Shown in pieces: positions 22,731-27,425 of a DNA stretch of 27,425 nt. Every line of letters begins with the position of its first letter. Within the stretch, counting starts at the first letter, position 1. The position numbers were made by a program, and so were the translations under genes. The notes below the pieces were generated by a model that made no database searches, was not told the DNA's origin, and saw only the letters and a list, made by a program, of their open reading frames with translations. The stretch comes from an uncultured Candidatus Bathyarchaeia archaeon (lineage in GTDB: Archaea; Thermoproteota; Bathyarchaeia; TCS64). The stretch is taken from NCBI GenBank assembly GCA_964441725.1, contig CAYTVK010000001.1, positions 1-27,425 of the forward strand, in the 5' to 3' direction.

Positions 22731-24371
22731 ATGAGTTATCAAACACCATCAATCACTGAGCCCAAGCCTCTCCGAGAAAACGAGATAATACTCGTAACAA
22801 GCGGTGATCTCAGGCTCAGCGCTAACCAAGAATGCTGGCCAGCCCAGAAAGCAATGGAGGAGAAAGTATTCAAGGTCTTCGAGAAGGAAGGCTACAAGAT
22901 AATCCGGGGTCACCCCTATGATCCTGAGTTGAAACATGGCTTTATCTGGAATCAGCGTATGGGCATGAATGTCTTCGGTAAGATACCGAGAAACGCCCGA
23001 GTAATAGTGGCCGAGGCTGTCTGGCAGTACAGCCACCATGTGCTTGCAGGGCTCCGGTACCACAAAGGACCTATCTTGACGCTTGCAAACTGGAGCGGCC
23101 AGTGGCCGGGACTCGTAGGTATGCTGAACCTGAACGCTAGCCTCACAAAGATGGGGGTAGAGTACGGCACCATCTGGAGCAAAGACTTTGATGACGAGTT
23201 CTTCCTCAAAGGCATAAGGCAGTGGCTTAAAGAGGGCAAAATAACCCACGACATCAGCCACGCTAAACCCCTGAACCCGGCGAAGCTACCAGTGAAAGAA
23301 GCCGAGCTGGGAAAAGCCCTAGCAAAGCAGCTCGAACATGAGAAAGCTGTGATGGGTATCTTTGATGAGGGCTGCATGGGGATGTACAATGGTATCCTAG
23401 AGGATGAATTACTGAATCCCATAGGCGTCTACAAGGAGCGTCTCAGCCAAAGCGCGTTAGTTGCAAAGATGAGAACCGTCACTGACGCCGAGGCACAGAG
23501 CATCAGGGACTGGCTTGACTCAAAAGGAGTAAACTTCGTAACTGGCACAGACGAGAAGACCGAGCTAACGGATAGGCAGATTCTTGAGCAGTGCAAGATG
23601 TACATCGCCGCCACGAGGGTCGCTGACGAGTTCGGCTGCGCACTCATCGGAATACAGTATCAGCAAGGCTTGAAGGACATGGCACCGGCAAGCGATCTCG
23701 CTGAAGGATTATTAAACTGCAGCAAAAGACCTCCAGTACGCCATGAGAAGACGGGAGAGGTTCTCTTTGAGGGTAAACCATTACCTCACTTCAACGAGGT
23801 CGATGAGGGAGCAGGACTCGATGCATTGATCACTAACAGAGTCTGGACAGCGATGGGGTACAATCCAGATACTACTCTTCACGATGTGAGATGGGGAGAC
23901 TGGTATGGAGACGACTACGTATGGGTGTTCCTCATAAGCGGAAGCGCGCCACCGAGCCACTTCAAGGGCGGATACAATGGAGCAAGCAGCATGAGGCAGC
24001 CACCAATGTACTTCCCACTGGGAGGAGGCACCCTATGTGGTGACAGCAGACCCGGTGAAATTGTCTGGAGCAGAATCTACGTTACCCCTGATGGGCTAAA
24101 CGCTGACATCGGCAGAGGCACGGTGGTTGATCTGCCTGATGAGGAGACGGAGCGAAGATGGAAAGCCACCACACCAGAGTGGCCCATCATGAGTGCTGTG
24201 CTTCACGGAGTAACCCGAGACCAGTTTATGGCCAAACACAAGGCAAATCACATACAGGTAGTTTACGCGCCATCAGCGGAAGACGCGGATAAGGCATTGG
24301 CTGCCAAAGCCGCCATGTTCCATGAACTGGGTCTCAAGGTAAACATCTGCGGCGACGTAAAGGTAGGTTAA
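22731..24371 (+). CDS. L-fucose/D-arabinose isomerase-family sugar isomerase, substrate not fixed
   Basis: 546 aa from ATG 22731. Motifs: ANWSGQWPGLVG, GIQYQ, and candidate Mn ligands in FNEVD, LHDVRW and KANH paralleling FucI Glu/Asp/His (ATEND, ADVR, GANH). Confidence 0.75.
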   Translation: MSYQTPSITEPKPLRENEIILVTSGDLRLSANQECWPAQKAMEEKVFKVFEKEGYKIIRGHPYDPELKHGFIWNQRMGMNVFGKIPRNARVIVAEAVWQYSHHVLAGLRYHKGPILTLANWSGQWPGLVGMLNLNASLTKMGVEYGTIWSKDFDDEFFLKGIRQWLKEGKITHDISHAKPLNPAKLPVKEAELGKALAKQLEHEKAVMGIFDEGCMGMYNGILEDELLNPIGVYKERLSQSALVAKMRTVTDAEAQSIRDWLDSKGVNFVTGTDEKTELTDRQILEQCKMYIAATRVADEFGCALIGIQYQQGLKDMAPASDLAEGLLNCSKRPPVRHEKTGEVLFEGKPLPHFNEVDEGAGLDALITNRVWTAMGYNPDTTLHDVRWGDWYGDDYVWVFLISGSAPPSHFKGGYNGASSMRQPPMYFPLGGGTLCGDSRPGEIVWSRIYVTPDGLNADIGRGTVVDLPDEETERRWKATTPEWPIMSAVLHGVTRDQFMAKHKANHIQVVYAPSAEDADKALAAKAAMFHELGLKVNICGDVKVG

Positions 24372-24376
24372 CTCCA

Positions 24377-25801
24377 ATGCACGTCATCGCTGTTGATCTT
24401 GGGGCGAGCAACGGCAGGGTGATGAAGTGCACCTATGAAGAGGGCTTCAAGCTAGAAGAGGTGCATAGATTCCCGAACACCCCCATCCAGCGCGGAAAAC
24501 ATCTGCAATGGAACATTCAGCAGCTATGGCGTGAAACCGTGAAAGGAATAGACTGGGCTAGCGAGGGAGCTCAGAGCATAGGAATTGACTCATGGGGCGT
24601 GGACTTTGGCTTACTGGATCATCATGGTAACCTGCTTGAGGACCCTGTTCATTACCGTGACCCCAGAACCGCTGGGATGATGGAGTGGGTCTTCAAACGT
24701 ATCAGTCGCAGGGAGATATTCGACAAGACGGGCATACAGTTCCTTGAGTTAAACACCATCTACCAGCTAGCCAGTCTAGCGAAGAGGCGTAAGGTCTTCC
24801 TCGGTAAGGCAAGAACCTATCTGGGGTTCCCAGACCTGTTCAATTACTGGCTTACTGGGGAGAAGAGGGCAGAGTACACTCACGCCACAACGACCCAGTG
24901 TTTTAACCCTGTTAAGCAGGACTGGGACAATGATATACTGGAAGCAATTGGCGTATCTGTGGAGATTTTCCCCAATGTGGTCTATCCCGGTGATATAATT
25001 GGGATAATGAAGAACATGAGCGTCTCCATACCAGCCTGTCATGACACCGGGAGCGCCGTAGTAGCGGTTCCCTCAACTGAAAACGAGCTCTGTTATCTGA
25101 GCAGCGGCACATGGAGCCTCATGGGAACCGAGACCAGAGAACCAGTCATAAACGACGAGGTATATCAGCAGAACTTCACCAACGAGGGAGGCGTTGAGAA
25201 GACAAATAGACTACTCAGAAACCTACCGGGGCTATGGTTCGAGCAGGAACTCATGCGGGAATGGACAAGCAAAGGTTCTCACGTTAACTATGACGACCTC
25301 AACCAGTTAGCCTCAGGAGCAGAAGCCTTCAGATCACTCATCAATCCCGCGGACCCACGGTTCCTAGCACCCGGAGACATGACCCCCCGCATAATCGAAT
25401 ACTGTAGAGAGCACAATGAGCCTGAGCCCCAAAGCATGGGAGAGCACATCAGATGTGTCTATGACAGCCTCGCGCTAAGCTATCTTCACTGTCTGGGGCA
25501 GTTAGAATCCATCACAGGAAAACATTATCCCGTGATCAACGTAATCGGAGGAGGATCGTTGAATGTCTTCCTCAACCAGCACACGGCTGACATTACACAT
25601 AGAAAGATCATAGCTGGACCAGTTGAGGCTGCCGCCCTCGGAAACGCCATAATGCAGTATAAATGCATCGGGTTGCTACGGGATATAACAGAGGCAAGAA
25701 ATGTTCTCAAAGAGACCCTGAGCCTCCGCAAATACTACCCGAGCGATGGATTGGAGTGGGAAAACGCCTATAGGCGCTTCGAGTCATTGATCTCATCATG
25801 A
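24377..25801 (+). CDS. rhaB: Rhamnulokinase/fuculokinase-like FGGY carbohydrate kinase
   Basis: 474 aa. Motifs: AVDLGASNGR, GIDSWGVDF, HYRD.RT, TGIQF..LNTIYQL, CHDTGSAV, SSGTWSLMG, FTNEGG, IIGGGS, AGPVEA.ALGN. Confidence 0.85.
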   Translation: MHVIAVDLGASNGRVMKCTYEEGFKLEEVHRFPNTPIQRGKHLQWNIQQLWRETVKGIDWASEGAQSIGIDSWGVDFGLLDHHGNLLEDPVHYRDPRTAGMMEWVFKRISRREIFDKTGIQFLELNTIYQLASLAKRRKVFLGKARTYLGFPDLFNYWLTGEKRAEYTHATTTQCFNPVKQDWDNDILEAIGVSVEIFPNVVYPGDIIGIMKNMSVSIPACHDTGSAVVAVPSTENELCYLSSGTWSLMGTETREPVINDEVYQQNFTNEGGVEKTNRLLRNLPGLWFEQELMREWTSKGSHVNYDDLNQLASGAEAFRSLINPADPRFLAPGDMTPRIIEYCREHNEPEPQSMGEHIRCVYDSLALSYLHCLGQLESITGKHYPVINVIGGGSLNVFLNQHTADITHRKIIAGPVEAAALGNAIMQYKCIGLLRDITEARNVLKETLSLRKYYPSDGLEWENAYRRFESLISS

Positions 25802-26292
25802 TAATTGGGTTAATCTCAGACACCCACGATAATGTCCCCTATATCAAGAAAGCCATACAGCGCCTTAAGGAAGAGAGAGCCATGCTGGTGCTTCACGCCG
25901 GGGACTATATTTCTCCCTTTACAGCCAAGCCCTACGGTGAACTCGATGTGCCGATGATCGGAGTGTTTGGGAATAACTGCGCCGAGACAGAGCTCCTCAA
26001 GAAGGTCTACACGGATGTTGGTTGTGATCTAAGAGGCTATTTCACCGAGGTAGAAGTGGATGGGCTCAAGATCGCTTTACTTCATGGGCACAGAAAGCAG
26101 GATGTGGATAAAGCACAAAGCGGCGACTATGATGTAATGGTTCGTGGGCACACCCACAAGTCGTCAATTAGCAGAGAAAACGGTTGTCTCGTCATCAACC
26201 CCGGTGAGGTCTGCGGCTACGTCACAGGCACAAACAGCATCGCCTTCTTGGATACCGAGAAACGGTACGCGTGGATAAGTGAGCTAATCTAG
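25798..26292 (+). CDS. Metallophosphoesterase, YfcE/MJ0936 family
   Basis: 164 aa. Motifs: ISDTHDN, HAGD, VFGNN, HGH, GHTH, INPGE. ATGA overlap with the kinase. Confidence 0.9.
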   Translation: MIIGLISDTHDNVPYIKKAIQRLKEERAMLVLHAGDYISPFTAKPYGELDVPMIGVFGNNCAETELLKKVYTDVGCDLRGYFTEVEVDGLKIALLHGHRKQDVDKAQSGDYDVMVRGHTHKSSISRENGCLVINPGEVCGYVTGTNSIAFLDTEKRYAWISELI

Positions 26293-27425
26293 GCGCAGAA
26301 ACGCTTGATTACCTCCATCTGCACCTGAGCCGCCTTATAGACAGAGTCAAGGTCAACCCACTCCACTGCGGCGTGGGCTCCATCCCCAACAGGACCATAA
26401 GCGACAGCTGGAATCCCCTTATCATATATTATCTGGGTATCCATCAACCCGGCGCTTTGCATGAATCTAGGAGCCACACCAAGAACCTTTGTTGTCTCCT
26501 CCTCCAAGAGTCTGCAAATCTCCTCGTCTTGGCTTATCTCCATGGGTCCCCTGTAGAAGGTTATCTCGTAGTCTGCCTTGAACTTGGGGTCTCCCTCTCT
26601 GAGGCTCTGGAGTAGTTGCTGCATCTCCAAGTCAACATCCTCCCGGTTTTCACCGGGAATCAATCTTCGCTCGATCTCCAGCTTACACCTATCAGGATAA
26701 GTGCTGAGCTCACGTCCACCCTCAATGATGCTCGCGTGTACGCTCCCCGGACCTACCATGGGGTGTTTCTCCTCCATGAGTATGCTCTGCAGCGCCTCCA
26801 AGCCTATGAGCACATGCCCCATCTTGGCAATTGCGTCAACCCCCACCTTGTATGCGCTACCATGCGCTGCGAAGCCGTGGGTAACGACATCGATCCACGC
26901 AAACCCCTTGTGGGCTATCTGAATATTAAACCCGGTGGGCTCACCTATGATAGCCGCGTCCACTCTTAAATCCTTCATCAAATGCTCAGTGCCAATGCTG
27001 GCGAACTCTTCATCACATACACCAGCCAAGACAACATCACCTCTAAGCTCCAAACCCGAGTCTACAATGGATTTCACAGCCGCCATGCTTGCAGCCAAGC
27101 CGCCTTTCATGTCGAAGCTGCCCCTGCCGTAGAGCTTGTTTTTCTCGATCTTTGGGTCGTAGGGGGCGATGGTCATGTAGTCTGCTCCCACTGTGTCTAT
27201 GTGTCCGTTAAACATCAGTGATTTTCCTCCACCTGTGCCTTTCAAGACCCCAACTACGTTTGGCCTGCCCGGCTCAACCATAGTTAGCTCTGTCTTTAAG
27301 CCTTGGGCGTTCATCCATTCCCTGAGGTACTCCGCTATTTCCGTCTCTCCTGCTGCACCCGGTACCAGTGATGGGTTCACCGAGTCGATCTTGATCAAGT
27401 CCCTGAGAAGCTCCGTGAGTTTCGC
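26289..27425 (-). CDS. ArgE/DapE-family (M20) deacylase/peptidase, 5' end beyond the window
   Basis: Motifs: FNGHIDTV, GRGSFDMKG, CDEE, IIGEPT, HGFAAHGS, AHAAVE. The frame stays open to 27425 (AKLTELLRDLIKIDSVNP), so TTG 27398 is not the true start. Confidence 0.9.
   Translation of the reverse strand, partial: AKLTELLRDLIKIDSVNPSLVPGAAGETEIAEYLREWMNAQGLKTELTMVEPGRPNVVGVLKGTGGGKSLMFNGHIDTVGADYMTIAPYDPKIEKNKLYGRGSFDMKGGLAASMAAVKSIVDSGLELRGDVVLAGVCDEEFASIGTEHLMKDLRVDAAIIGEPTGFNIQIAHKGFAWIDVVTHGFAAHGSAYKVGVDAIAKMGHVLIGLEALQSILMEEKHPMVGPGSVHASIIEGGRELSTYPDRCKLEIERRLIPGENREDVDLEMQQLLQSLREGDPKFKADYEITFYRGPMEISQDEEICRLLEEETTKVLGVAPRFMQSAGLMDTQIIYDKGIPAVAYGPVGDGAHAAVEWVDLDSVYKAAQVQMEVIKRFCA

Noticed and set aside
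27411-27420. CTCCGTGAGT near the right end resembling CTCCGTGACT at positions 1-10 (possible terminal repeat or att site)
   Set aside because: Both lie inside coding frames (..TE codons on the minus strand) at arbitrary window edges, and there is no integrase or transposase. Treated as coincidence.
1-27425. tRNA, rRNA, CRISPR array, IS element or prophage
   Set aside because: Coding density leaves no room, and no cloverleaf, regularly spaced repeat-spacer array or transposase/integrase motif was seen.

Overview
A densely packed, probably archaeal window. This is inferred from TATA-like boxes about 20-25 nt before start codons, a PDCD5-like DNA-binding protein, a MoaA without the C-terminal GG and pervasive ATGA/GTGA overlaps; a Bathyarchaeia-like origin is only an impression. 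About 21 kb form a molybdenum/tungsten island. It holds the truncated 5' end of a DMSO-reductase-family enzyme (1-102, missed by the ORF track), kynureninase, a moaA-D-E-C-B-moeA operon, and a divergent tungstate-type ABC importer (tupABC). Next comes a heavy-metal block: a Cys-rich ArsD/thioredoxin-like protein, a PDCD5-like protein, a P1B-2 ATPase and a divergent NikR-like regulator. Two convergent xanthine-oxidase (XO)-family L-M-S operons follow; one carries mocA, the other xdhC plus a 60-aa membrane protein and an upstream P-loop NTPase. The right end has pyruvate kinase, an L-fucose-isomerase-family gene, a rhamnulokinase-like kinase, a metallophosphoesterase and a 5'-truncated M20 deacylase. 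I found no RNA genes, CRISPR arrays or mobile elements. The main leads are: (i) two XO-family enzymes of unknown substrate beside a tungstate-type importer and an orphan kynureninase; (ii) an unassigned 9-Cys ArsD-like protein near a P1B ATPase with a triple-CxxC N-terminus and a NikR variant missing one Ni ligand; (iii) candidate operators, including a shared ATAWC-N8-GWTAT palindrome and a 32-bp-phased repeat; (iv) a probable CTG start for xdhC; (v) a MoaB with the catalytic Asp replaced by Asn. All motif assignments were made by eye; no database search was run.
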